A stretch of 64,000 bases of DNA, from contig CAYILA010000001.1 in the NCBI GenBank assembly GCA_964364265.1, forward strand, positions 6,808 through 70,807, given 5' to 3'. Source of the DNA: an uncultured Candidatus Saccharibacteria bacterium. Lineage in GTDB: Bacteria; Patescibacteriota; UBA1384; XYA2-FULL-43-10; 1-14-0-10-43-13. Numbering within the stretch: the first letter of the stretch is position 1; each line of letters begins with the position of its first letter. The position numbers were made by a program, and so were the translations under genes. The notes below the pieces were generated by a model. It had not been told where the DNA came from. It was given only the letters and a program-made list of their open reading frames with translations, and made no database searches. Shown here piece by piece: positions 56,011 to 64,000 of this stretch.

Positions 56011-57732
56011 TTGAAGAATATATTTAAGCTCATTACATTAGCGTTTCTTGGATTTCTAATCTCGCTCATATTACGACCTCATACTGCATTCGCTAAGAGC
56101 GAAAGTATTGTCATTAACGAGATTTATTACAATGTGGCAACCGAGATGGGTGACGACCCGGCGGCCGAGTGGGTTGAGCTTTATAATAGTGGCGATGATG
56201 AGATTAATATCAGAAATTGGACTTTAGCTGACAACTCTGGAAACGATAAAATATTATCAACAACGGATTTAACTATCGCGGCCAAGTCATTCGTCCTAAT
56301 TTCGAGAAGCAATACTATCTGGGCAAAGTGGGGAATTAATCCTCTAACATCGTCGGAAATTACCTTTATTGAACTAACCGGAACTAATATTTACAATCTG
56401 GCCAAAGGCGGGGATCGCCTGCTTTTGAAAAACGACAGCGGGGAAGCGGTCGACGAGGTAAGCTTCGGAACGGATGAAACTTATTATGATATTGCGGCGG
56501 CGGAAGAGGGCAGTTCGCTCGACCGAAAAAATTTGGGAATAGATAATGATTTAGGAAGCGATTTTACAAATCGCCCCTCCCCCACTCCCGGAGAGGAATT
56601 TATTCCGTTAATTTATTCGGATGAAATTGTTTTGAATGAAATTGCGCCCGAGCCGAGCGAGGGAGTCGGTTTTGAATTTATCGAACTATATAATTCAAGC
56701 GATTTAGTCCTCGATATTTCCGGTTGGCAATTAGCCGATATGAAGGGGGCGACGAAAACTTTTACTATACCGGCATCAACAATAATCCCAGCGAAAAGTT
56801 ATCTTGTTTTCTATCGAACCGAGACAGGGATTTCTTTGAATGATGACGGCGACGGTGTGTTTTTGATCGATCCGAACGGCGATTACAGGGATGAAATTTC
56901 TTATGACAGCGCAATCAGAGGGGAGAGCTTTTCAAAATTTGGGAGTAGCTGGCAATGGAGTGAAAAGCAGACACCCGGTTCGGAAAACCGACTGGTTCAG
57001 TCGGTTGTTTCGAGGGAAGAGGAGACGGGCGGCGGGATTTTGGGGAGCATAAACGAGGCAAAACAATATCAGAATGGCGACGAGGTCGCATTAGTCGGTA
57101 TTGTAACTACACTACCGGGCGAAATTTCAAGCCAGTATTTCTTTATCCAAGACGAGACCGGCGGAATTGAGGTTTATTCATATTACAAAACTTTTCCGAA
57201 CCTGAATCGCGGCGATAAGATAAAAGTAACCGGCCAGTTGTCCGACTACTATGGAACAAGAAGGATTAAAATAAATTCCATTTCCGATATCGAAATAATA
57301 AGTCCTAACGCCATGCCGCCGCCAATCGTAGCGAAAATTCCTGAAATAGGCGAACAGTATGAGAGCCAATATATAAAAACCAAAGGCAAAATCAGTTATA
57401 CTTCCGGTTCGGTCTTTAGGATGACAGAGGGAAGTAGGGAGATTCAGGTTGAAATTAAATCCGGAACAGGTATAAAAAAACCGAAAATGCGTAAAGGCGA
57501 TCTTTTTGAGGTTGCCGGCATATTAATCCAGTATAAAAACGGTTATAAACTCTTGCCGTTTTTGCAAGATGATGTTAAAATTATCCAGTCAAATTCCGGT
57601 TCACTTCCGAAATCCGGATTGGACCAGATGATTTATTTAATTATTACAGCGCTTATTTATTCCTTATGGAATTTATTTCAAACAGTTCGCTCGAAACTGA
57701 AGAATTTGCCTCAAAACTTGTCGCCAGATTAG
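56011..57732 (+). CDS. secreted protein with two lamin-tail-domain (LTD) repeats, an OB-fold-like segment and a C-terminal TM anchor
   Basis: A signal peptide. IVINEIYYN ... AEWVELYN ... INIRNWTLAD and IVLNEIAPEPS ... FEFIELYN ... DISGWQLAD match the LTD signature. The C-terminal TM is MIYLIITALIYSLWNLF. Confidence 0.6.
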   Translation: MKNIFKLITLAFLGFLISLILRPHTAFAKSESIVINEIYYNVATEMGDDPAAEWVELYNSGDDEINIRNWTLADNSGNDKILSTTDLTIAAKSFVLISRSNTIWAKWGINPLTSSEITFIELTGTNIYNLAKGGDRLLLKNDSGEAVDEVSFGTDETYYDIAAAEEGSSLDRKNLGIDNDLGSDFTNRPSPTPGEEFIPLIYSDEIVLNEIAPEPSEGVGFEFIELYNSSDLVLDISGWQLADMKGATKTFTIPASTIIPAKSYLVFYRTETGISLNDDGDGVFLIDPNGDYRDEISYDSAIRGESFSKFGSSWQWSEKQTPGSENRLVQSVVSREEETGGGILGSINEAKQYQNGDEVALVGIVTTLPGEISSQYFFIQDETGGIEVYSYYKTFPNLNRGDKIKVTGQLSDYYGTRRIKINSISDIEIISPNAMPPPIVAKIPEIGEQYESQYIKTKGKISYTSGSVFRMTEGSREIQVEIKSGTGIKKPKMRKGDLFEVAGILIQYKNGYKLLPFLQDDVKIIQSNSGSLPKSGLDQMIYLIITALIYSLWNLFQTVRSKLKNLPQNLSPD

Positions 57733-58091
57733 AAGGCGGGATTTTGGCGTTGTCCGGGGATTTGGGGGCAGGCAAGACAACATTTGTAAAAGGATTGGCC
57801 AAAGGGCTTGGGATTACGAAAAACATTACCAGCCCGACTTTTGTGATTTTAAAAAGTTACAAAACTAACGGTAGAGGCGGCATCAGGCATTTGGTACATC
57901 TGGATTGTTACCGCATGGAAGACAAAAGCGATGCCGAGGGTATCGGTTTACCTGAATATTTCAAGCAAAAAGGGACATTGGTTCTGATTGAATGGCCTGA
58001 AAAAATCGAAAGTATTCTCCCTCGGACGACAAAATATATTAATTTTGAGTATTTGGAGGAAAATTCCAGAAAAATAAGGGCGGATTTCTAA
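57666..58091 (+). CDS. tsaE: tRNA threonylcarbamoyladenosine biosynthesis protein TsaE (YjeE ATPase)
   Basis: LSGDLGAGKTTFVKGL (the P-loop) plus the TsaE C-terminal region. The 5' end overlaps the previous gene, so the start is uncertain. Confidence 0.8.
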   Translation: MEFISNSSLETEEFASKLVARLEGGILALSGDLGAGKTTFVKGLAKGLGITKNITSPTFVILKSYKTNGRGGIRHLVHLDCYRMEDKSDAEGIGLPEYFKQKGTLVLIEWPEKIESILPRTTKYINFEYLEENSRKIRADF

Positions 58092-58495
58092 TGATTTTAT
58101 TTATCGATACAACCTCACTCGAGACAAAAATCGGTCTGTTGAATGAAACCGGAAATTTTATTGATCAGATTGAGTGGACCAGTCGATTTAATCAATCGGA
58201 AGAACTTATCTCTAAAATTGAGGACTTATTACAAAAGAACAGAATCAAAAAAGATGATCTTGGAAAAATTGTCGTTATAACCGGTCCCGGTTCCTATACC
58301 GGTGTCAGGATAGGAGTGACGACTGCGAATTTTATCGGATTGGGTCTGAATATTCCGGTATTGGGTTTGAAAAAGAGCTCTATTGTGGATATCGGAAAGA
58401 TAATTTCCGGGGACAATTCTGATTGTTTTTTAGATCCGGTAATGCCCTATTACGAAAGATTGCCAAATATTACCAAACCCAAAAAAAAGTTATGA
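58091..58495 (+). CDS. tsaB: TsaB (YeaZ)-like protein, short (N-terminal ASKHA half only)
   Basis: MILFIDTTSLETKIGLL ... ITGPGSYTGVRIGVTTA. At about 134 aa it is shorter than the usual ~220 aa. Confidence 0.7.
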   Translation: MILFIDTTSLETKIGLLNETGNFIDQIEWTSRFNQSEELISKIEDLLQKNRIKKDDLGKIVVITGPGSYTGVRIGVTTANFIGLGLNIPVLGLKKSSIVDIGKIISGDNSDCFLDPVMPYYERLPNITKPKKKL

Positions 58496-58546
58496 TTATG
58501 GACGGATCAAACATTTATTTGATATAATAAAAATGCAAAAACAAAA

Positions 58547-59851
58547 ATGAATCTAATCTACAATCCTACAAAACGAGATAAGTTTTCCTTTTTTAAGAAA
58601 AGGCCTGTCAAAATCGCCTTTTCACTTTTATTTTTTATTCTGATAGTGGTAATTTCCTTCATCGCCTATATCTACGCTCAAGGGGTAAGGGTATTTGACG
58701 GTAATTTTCTTTTTAATTCGACCGCCACTCTTAAAGGTCAGGAGAATGATCGGATAAATATAGCCCTGATGGGAATCGGCGGAACCAACCATCCCGGCGG
58801 TCAATTGACCGATTCGATGATGGTTTTAAGCATCCGACCGAGCGACGGGTCATTGGCAATGATTTCGATTCCTCGGGATTTATATGTTTTTGTACCAGAT
58901 CACAAAACGAAAACCAAGATCAACGAGGTTTATTCGATCGGGGAAAAAGATAAAAAGGGCGGGGGACCCGAATTGGTAAAAAAGACGCTCAAAGAAGTAC
59001 TTGGTTTAGATATTAATTATTATGTAACCCTTGATTTTGCCGGATTCGAAAAATTTATCGATCAGATCGGGGGAGTCGATGTGGTTGTTGAAAAAGCAAT
59101 CAATGATTCTTCATATCCGGATGTGAATATGCAGGGGTACGATCCATTTTCTATCAAGGCCGGAAACCAACGCTTAGACGGGAAGACGGCTTTGAAATAT
59201 GCAAGGTCAAGACATGGGTCGGCTGGCGGAGATTTTGACCGCGCAGCCAGGCAACAACAGATAGTTGTGGCTGTCAGAGACAAATTATTAAAAAATGGAT
59301 TATGGGCAAACCCGATTAAAATTGCGGAACTAGCAACAACGATAGGTGATCATTTGCGTACCGATGTTTCGCCAGTCGAGATAAAAGTATTTGCCGGTTT
59401 ATTTAAAAACATTGACAGAGCCAAGATTCATTCAAAGGTTTTATCTGATGAAGCCGGCGGAGTTTTGTATTCTGATTCAAGCTCCGGAACCTACCATTTA
59501 GTGCCAAAAGGCGGGAATTACAATGCAATTCAATCGATCGCAAAAAATATTTTTGAAGCAAATAGTGAAATAGAAAATGTAAAAATTGAGATTCAAAATG
59601 CCAGTGGCAAATCATCTAAATTGACAGAAGTATCTTCTTCGTTGAAATCTTTGGGATATAATGTTGTTGCCGCGTCCAATCTAAAAACAGTCCAGAAAGC
59701 AAGTGCGATTTATGACTATTCAAGCAATAAATATCCCCAAACTCTTGAATATTTGAAAAAGGAATTTAGCTCTAGTGTCGCTGATAAAAAGTCCACAGAA
59801 TTTCAAAATTCTGATATTGTAGTAGTGATCGGCCAGAATTACTCAAATTAA
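58547..59851 (+). CDS. LytR-CpsA-Psr (LCP) family cell-envelope phosphotransferase
   Basis: An N-terminal TM, INIALMGIGGTN ... QLTDSMMVLSI ... ISIPRDLYV and a C-terminal LytR_C-like domain. Confidence 0.85.
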   Translation: MNLIYNPTKRDKFSFFKKRPVKIAFSLLFFILIVVISFIAYIYAQGVRVFDGNFLFNSTATLKGQENDRINIALMGIGGTNHPGGQLTDSMMVLSIRPSDGSLAMISIPRDLYVFVPDHKTKTKINEVYSIGEKDKKGGGPELVKKTLKEVLGLDINYYVTLDFAGFEKFIDQIGGVDVVVEKAINDSSYPDVNMQGYDPFSIKAGNQRLDGKTALKYARSRHGSAGGDFDRAARQQQIVVAVRDKLLKNGLWANPIKIAELATTIGDHLRTDVSPVEIKVFAGLFKNIDRAKIHSKVLSDEAGGVLYSDSSSGTYHLVPKGGNYNAIQSIAKNIFEANSEIENVKIEIQNASGKSSKLTEVSSSLKSLGYNVVAASNLKTVQKASAIYDYSSNKYPQTLEYLKKEFSSSVADKKSTEFQNSDIVVVIGQNYSN

Positions 59852-59865
59852 TATTTTGAAATTAT

Positions 59866-60429
59866 ATGGCATTTTTATACCATAAGTTTACCCGCAAAGC
59901 GCTGCTCTCTCTTATCCTTGCTTTAGGCGTTGTTTCATTTTGGCTTTTAACTCCATATTTAATTTCTTGTCTTATGGTTACTATTGCAGGCGTTCTTGGT
60001 ATTTTTTTTATCTGGTATGAAATCGCCCCAATTTATCTTTTGATTTTTTTGTCCTTCACTTCAGCTTACGCATTTTATGGCTTATTTTTCCAGTACAATT
60101 TACCGACGATTCTGATAATGATTTCAATTCTGGTAATTTTCGGTTATATTTTTACCTATATGGAGCAGAGAACCGGGATTTTAGGAAATCGGCGCCTTAT
60201 TTATCTTCTGCTATTTTCAATAATTGTTCTGGAAGTTTTCTTGGCCTTGAGCTATTTTCTAATCAATCCCCTTAACCAGAGTTTAGTCATAGCCGCAGTC
60301 TGCTATATATTTTCCGGTTTTTGTTTCTCCGTTTTGGCAAAACAAGATGATTCGGATATTCGGACATATCTCGGTATCGGTTTTTCGACGATCTTTGTAA
60401 TCTTGCTTTCTTCCAGTTGGAGTGTATAG
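59866..60429 (+). CDS. hypothetical polytopic membrane protein
   Basis: 5-6 TMs. No motif recognised. Confidence 0.45.
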   Translation: MAFLYHKFTRKALLSLILALGVVSFWLLTPYLISCLMVTIAGVLGIFFIWYEIAPIYLLIFLSFTSAYAFYGLFFQYNLPTILIMISILVIFGYIFTYMEQRTGILGNRRLIYLLLFSIIVLEVFLALSYFLINPLNQSLVIAAVCYIFSGFCFSVLAKQDDSDIRTYLGIGFSTIFVILLSSSWSV

Positions 60430-60470
60430 TAATATATAATTGGCAATCAATAACTTATTAAGGAATTAAA

Positions 60471-61490
60471 ATGAAGGAAAAGGTCAGGGCGAGCATAAAA
60501 ACAGTCGGCGATTTCTTGAGCAGAATATTTTTTCATATCAGGGTAAGGATTTTGAAAAAAAGAGGCGGGGAGATCGATATTATAATCGATCCGAATAAAG
60601 TACCGATATCGAAAAGAATCTTTACCGGTCTTTTTTATCTCATATTGCTGGTCGGTTTGATTGAGACCGTCATCGCAGTAATGATCTATGGATTCCAGCG
60701 AGAAGACAAGGCGACAAAGGCGGTTGCAGATGTGGTTCCTTATCCGACCGCCGTCACTTCCTTCGGTTTTGTCTCTTACGGCGATTATTTATCGGAAAAG
60801 GCCTACATCCATCATTTCTACGATTCAACCCAGCAGAAAGATGTTGCATACGAAGAAATCGATAAGCAAATCCTGGATCAATTGATCGAAAACCGCCTTA
60901 TCTCTTACGAAGCGTTCCGATATGGAGTAAAGGTTAAAAAAGACGAGGTCAATCAAACCTTTTCTGCGATTTCGGATCAAAATGGCGGCGACGAAAAGGT
61001 CGGGAAAGTACTTGAAGACCTATACGGTCTCAATATCAAATCATTCAAAAAGTTAGTCAAGGAGCAACTCCTTCGGGATAAGATTAACAACGAATTGATT
61101 GCCAGAGTTACGGCAAAACACATCTTGGCAAGAGTCGACAAAAGCGCTCCTCAAGATCAAGTCGATGCGGCTAAAACAAAAATTGATGCCATTTTGGCCG
61201 AGGTTAGGGGAGGCGCCGATTTTACCGAGACGGCAAAATCAAAATCCGAAGATATCGGCAGTGCCGAACAGGGCGGGGAACTGGAACCGTTTGCCAAGGG
61301 CGAGATGGTTGAACCTTTCTCTGAAGTCGCTTTTTCGACATCGGCCGGACAAATTTCCGACCCTGTTAGAACTGATTTCGGTTGGCATATCATTAAAGTC
61401 GAATCAAGAACCGGTAAGATTGAGATGACATTTACGGACTGGCTGGATAGTTTAAAGAAAAACGGATTGATTTGGAAATTAATAAAATGA
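60471..61490 (+). CDS. peptidyl-prolyl cis-trans isomerase, parvulin type (PrsA/SurA-like), membrane-anchored
   Basis: An N-terminal TM, a chaperone-like helical region and the parvulin core HILARV ... FGWHIIKVE. Confidence 0.8.
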   Translation: MKEKVRASIKTVGDFLSRIFFHIRVRILKKRGGEIDIIIDPNKVPISKRIFTGLFYLILLVGLIETVIAVMIYGFQREDKATKAVADVVPYPTAVTSFGFVSYGDYLSEKAYIHHFYDSTQQKDVAYEEIDKQILDQLIENRLISYEAFRYGVKVKKDEVNQTFSAISDQNGGDEKVGKVLEDLYGLNIKSFKKLVKEQLLRDKINNELIARVTAKHILARVDKSAPQDQVDAAKTKIDAILAEVRGGADFTETAKSKSEDIGSAEQGGELEPFAKGEMVEPFSEVAFSTSAGQISDPVRTDFGWHIIKVESRTGKIEMTFTDWLDSLKKNGLIWKLIK

Positions 61491-61619
61491 TCCAAAACAA
61501 AAAGTTAATTATTACCTTAGCGGCATTAGTTTCGATCGGTTTTGCCATTTACGGTATCTGGCTGGCTCAAAAATCAAATAATTCAATTCCTAATCGCCAG
61601 ACAGAAGAAATCAGGTAGA

Positions 61620-62555
61620 ATGAACTATCAAAATATATTAAAGAAATCTTTCAGTATCATTTGGAAAAACCGCTTTATGTGGCTGCTGGGTTTTTTGGCC
61701 GGAGGATCATTTTATCAGGGCGGCAATTATTCATTTAATGACTCTGATTTTGAAAAATTAAAAGATTGGAAAAATTTGCCCGATTCCAACAATGTGGCGG
61801 AGGCGTCGGTCAAAAGCGCCGAGAAAGTGTTGGGCGATTCGGTTTCGTCGGCGATGAGCAGTACCGCCTTTTGGGTGATTTTGTTTTTCCTTATTATCAT
61901 AATAATAATTTTCATTTATCTTCACTTTACGGCTAGGGGCGCGATTATCAAATCAGCCGAACAGTTAGATGCTGGAAAAAGCCTGGGTCTGAAAAATGCT
62001 TGGGCTTTCGGGCGACAGTATTTCTGGCGGGTATTTATTTTTTCGTTGGTTATGGCCGGAATCATACTCTTGGGATTATTAATTGCGGCCACCCCAATTG
62101 TTCTTCTGGCCATATTCGAACAAACTCTCGCGGCGATTATTTTTGGAATTATATTTTTCTTGGTCTTCCTGGTCTATCTTATTTACCTTTCGCTTGTTTC
62201 GACCTATGCCGAGAGGATATTGATTTTGGAAAATAAGAGAGCGATTGAATCGATAAAATTGGGAATCAAATTTTTCAACAAGAGTTGGAAGACTATTGCG
62301 GTCGTCTATTTGATTGTGATGGCAATATCATTAATCGCGGCCATGGTTGTAATCATCGCCATTATCGTTCCAATTCTGTTTCTAACCGGAATCGGCGCCT
62401 TATTCTACCTAATCAGCTCTGGTCTGACTTTCATATACGCCACAATCGCCATTTTGGCGCTTGTGGTATTATTTTGCACTCTGATGGGCATGCTCAATGC
62501 TTATATTTCAACGGTTTACACGCTTACTTACAATGAACTAAAAAGCTCGGACTGA
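61620..62555 (+). CDS. hypothetical polytopic membrane protein
   Basis: The start is set at MNYQNILKK (61620). The upstream part of the ORF 61542.. has no RBS support. Multiple TMs. Confidence 0.45.
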   Translation: MNYQNILKKSFSIIWKNRFMWLLGFLAGGSFYQGGNYSFNDSDFEKLKDWKNLPDSNNVAEASVKSAEKVLGDSVSSAMSSTAFWVILFFLIIIIIIFIYLHFTARGAIIKSAEQLDAGKSLGLKNAWAFGRQYFWRVFIFSLVMAGIILLGLLIAATPIVLLAIFEQTLAAIIFGIIFFLVFLVYLIYLSLVSTYAERILILENKRAIESIKLGIKFFNKSWKTIAVVYLIVMAISLIAAMVVIIAIIVPILFLTGIGALFYLISSGLTFIYATIAILALVVLFCTLMGMLNAYISTVYTLTYNELKSSD

Positions 62556-62671
62556 TTAAGAAAAAAATAAAGACAATAATACCGGAATTACAATATTGCC
62601 GTAAAATATCCAATTCAAAAAACCGTCTGTCCATATTTAACGGACAAACGGTTTTTTATAGCGGAAGCGAT

Positions 62672-62696
62672 TCGCCGTGGCGACCGTTCTAACCAA
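62672..62696 (-). repeat. fragment of the tRNA-Asp D-arm (positions ~16-25) fused to the palindrome TCGCCACGGCGA
   Basis: ggcgaccgttctaaccaa is shared with 63078-63095, and tcgccgtggcga is a perfect 12-nt palindrome. Confidence 0.5.
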
Positions 62697-62733
62697 ACAT
62701 AAAAACAGGCAAGGACAAACAATCCGACTGACT

Positions 62734-62809
62734 GGCGGGAGCGACCGGACTCGAACCGGCGACCTCCACAGTGACAGTGTGGCGTTCTAACCAACTGAAC
62801 TACGCCCCC
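62734..62809 (-). tRNA. tRNA-Asp (anticodon GTC)
   Basis: The reverse complement gggggcg ta gttc agttggtta gaac g ccaca ctGTCac tgtgg aggtc gccgg ttcgagt ccggt cgctccc g cca folds as a cloverleaf. It is flanked by an 11-bp inverted repeat, aatccgactga (62721-62731) and tcagtcggatt (62818-62828). Confidence 0.85.
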
Positions 62810-63065
62810 GTTCTGAATCAGTCGGATTGCCGAGGATTCGTTTCAATTCCTCTCTTCCCTTACCTGTTTTGAAATACATTTCTCGCCGTACGGCCTCCGG
62901 TCGAGTTTCAAATCTCTCTGAATATACTAACTTGAATGGTTTTGTAAGTCGTGTGTATTTACTTTGACCGAAATTATGTTCACAGATACGCTTGTCAAGA
63001 TTACCGGTTGAGCCAGTGTAAAACCTTTGATTGACCTCGCTTTGTAAGACATATACATAATGCAT
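62787..63065 (-). CDS. GIY-YIG nuclease family protein (YhbQ-like) whose 3' end reads into tRNA-Asp
   Basis: MHYVYVLQSEVNQRFYTGSTGNLDKRICEHN matches the GIY-YIG core. The last 8 codons (...ERGRSSVG) are encoded by tRNA-Asp positions 1-23. Confidence 0.75.
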   Translation of the reverse strand: MHYVYVLQSEVNQRFYTGSTGNLDKRICEHNFGQSKYTRLTKPFKLVYSERFETRPEAVRREMYFKTGKGREELKRILGNPTDSERGRSSVG

Positions 63066-63067
63066 GG

Positions 63068-63114
63068 CGACCTGTCGCCGCGGCGACCGTTCTAACCAAC
63101 TGAACTACGCCCCC
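63068..63114 (-). pseudogene. truncated copy of tRNA-Asp positions 1-25 fused to the 14-nt perfect palindrome GTCGCCGCGGCGAC, immediately upstream of the GIY-YIG start codon
   Basis: 63089-63114 is identical to the first 26 nt of the intact tRNA-Asp (62784-62809). The palindrome lies at 63074-63087. Confidence 0.6.
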
Positions 63115-63149
63115 GCGCTTTGTTATAGTAACATTTTTTGAATCTTAAA

Positions 63150-64000
63150 TCAAGCTATGTACGATTGCAGGGTTAATGTTACCTTTTTTGTCTGGGTGTT
63201 GCCAAGCTGTTGAAACATGATCTTAATGATTTTCTCTCTCGGTGTTAATTTGTTCATGCCGTATCCGGTATGCCTTCTCTTGTTGTTGTAGTATTGAAGC
63301 CAAAGCTGTAGTTTGTACTCTAATGTCTCCATATCATCTTGGAAGGAGCACTGGCCGTAGAAGAACCTGGTCTTGAGTGTCCGGTGATACCGCTCGATCT
63401 TGCCGTTCTGGGTCGGAGCATACGGATCATTCTCAATTAGTTCTAACCCACGGTTCTCACAATACCACTTGAGTAACTTTCCGTATCTGTTGTCTACTCT
63501 GATCCGTCTGATTGGGAAGGGCGATCGTTCCAAGATGTAGTTAATTAGTTTGATGGCATTCTTGGCATTGTCTTTGTCGCACATCATACCGAATACATAT
63601 CTGGAACAGTCATCGATAGCGGAGAAACAGACAATGTCTCTGCTTCGGCCAAAGGGGTAAGAAGCATCAAGCTGAAGCTCCTGGCCGGGGTAGTCAAGAC
63701 AGTAGAGTGTCGGTTCTTTCTTTGGGATCGGGGTGTAATCCAGGTTGTATCTGATATGTTTCCGTTTCAGGATGCGCCAGATGGTAGTCGGATCAAGGGC
63801 GATGGAATGATCATCGAAGAGTTTGTCGGCCAGCTCGATTGGTCCCATGAAGGGATTAAACATGGCCGTATCGCAGACGATCTCCTCGATCCACTCCGGT
63901 GTTCGGTTCCTTGGCGGTGAACCTACTTTGGAACCTGGCTTAACCGGAATCAGGGCTTGGATGCCGGACTCTTTGTACCGGCTACGCAACCGGCTGAAGG
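63150..64000 (-). CDS. DDE-type transposase (rve integrase core, IS481-family-like), N-terminus beyond the window
   Basis: LQLDASYPFGRSRDIVCFSAIDD ... RRIRVDNRYGKL ... PYAPTQNGKIERYHRTLK gives D...D...E with the PQ.NG.IER signature. The frame is still open at the window edge. Confidence 0.75.
   Translation of the reverse strand, partial: FSRLRSRYKESGIQALIPVKPGSKVGSPPRNRTPEWIEEIVCDTAMFNPFMGPIELADKLFDDHSIALDPTTIWRILKRKHIRYNLDYTPIPKKEPTLYCLDYPGQELQLDASYPFGRSRDIVCFSAIDDCSRYVFGMMCDKDNAKNAIKLINYILERSPFPIRRIRVDNRYGKLLKWYCENRGLELIENDPYAPTQNGKIERYHRTLKTRFFYGQCSFQDDMETLEYKLQLWLQYYNNKRRHTGYGMNKLTPREKIIKIMFQQLGNTQTKKVTLTLQSYIA

Noticed and set aside
57666-57732. tsaE start overlapping the LTD-protein gene by 66 nt
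   Set aside because: The ORF as listed is kept, but the true start is probably a downstream in-frame codon. It is not treated as a gene fusion.

Overview
This 64 kb window looks like a low-GC, gene-dense bacterial chromosome segment with a Candidate Phyla Radiation / Patescibacteria-like character. It is dominated by housekeeping genes: tilS, ftsH, murJ, lepA, the grpE-dnaK-(hypothetical)-dnaJ-like operon, yebC-ruvC ... ruvA-ruvB-queH, rny-ymdB-hup, tsaE-tsaB, an LCP protein and a parvulin PPIase. It also carries 16 tRNA genes in four clusters and a set of glycosyltransferase genes (GT2, GT4, a GT-C PMT/ArnT-like enzyme and a processive QxxRW GT2). Mobile or accessory content includes two small GIY-YIG nuclease genes and a partial IS481-like DDE transposase gene. 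There is also an AT-rich island on the 3' side of tRNA-Lys carrying a candidate type II RM pair, and several GC-rich islets. Observations that seem least conventional, in rough order of interest: (i) An intact tRNA-Gly(CCC) gene lies inside a second tRNA-like gene whose two halves, about 120 nt apart, have perfectly complementary acceptor, D-arm and anticodon-stem halves. (ii) A GIY-YIG gene is bounded by 27-bp inverted repeats, and a cargo-less copy of the same repeat pair, which I read as an empty site or MITE, sits 9 kb away. (iii) A second GIY-YIG gene overlaps the 5' end of tRNA-Asp, next to truncated tRNA 5' copies fused to palindromes and to the transposase. (iv) A promoter, a structured ~175-nt transcript and an intrinsic terminator sit directly upstream of a class A beta-lactamase-like gene. 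(v) A two-gene cassette is bracketed by 80-bp direct repeats that each contain a bidirectional terminator. (vi) Palindromic segments are inserted in frame inside a metallophosphoesterase gene. All calls come from reading the sequence and recalled family motifs. No database search was run.
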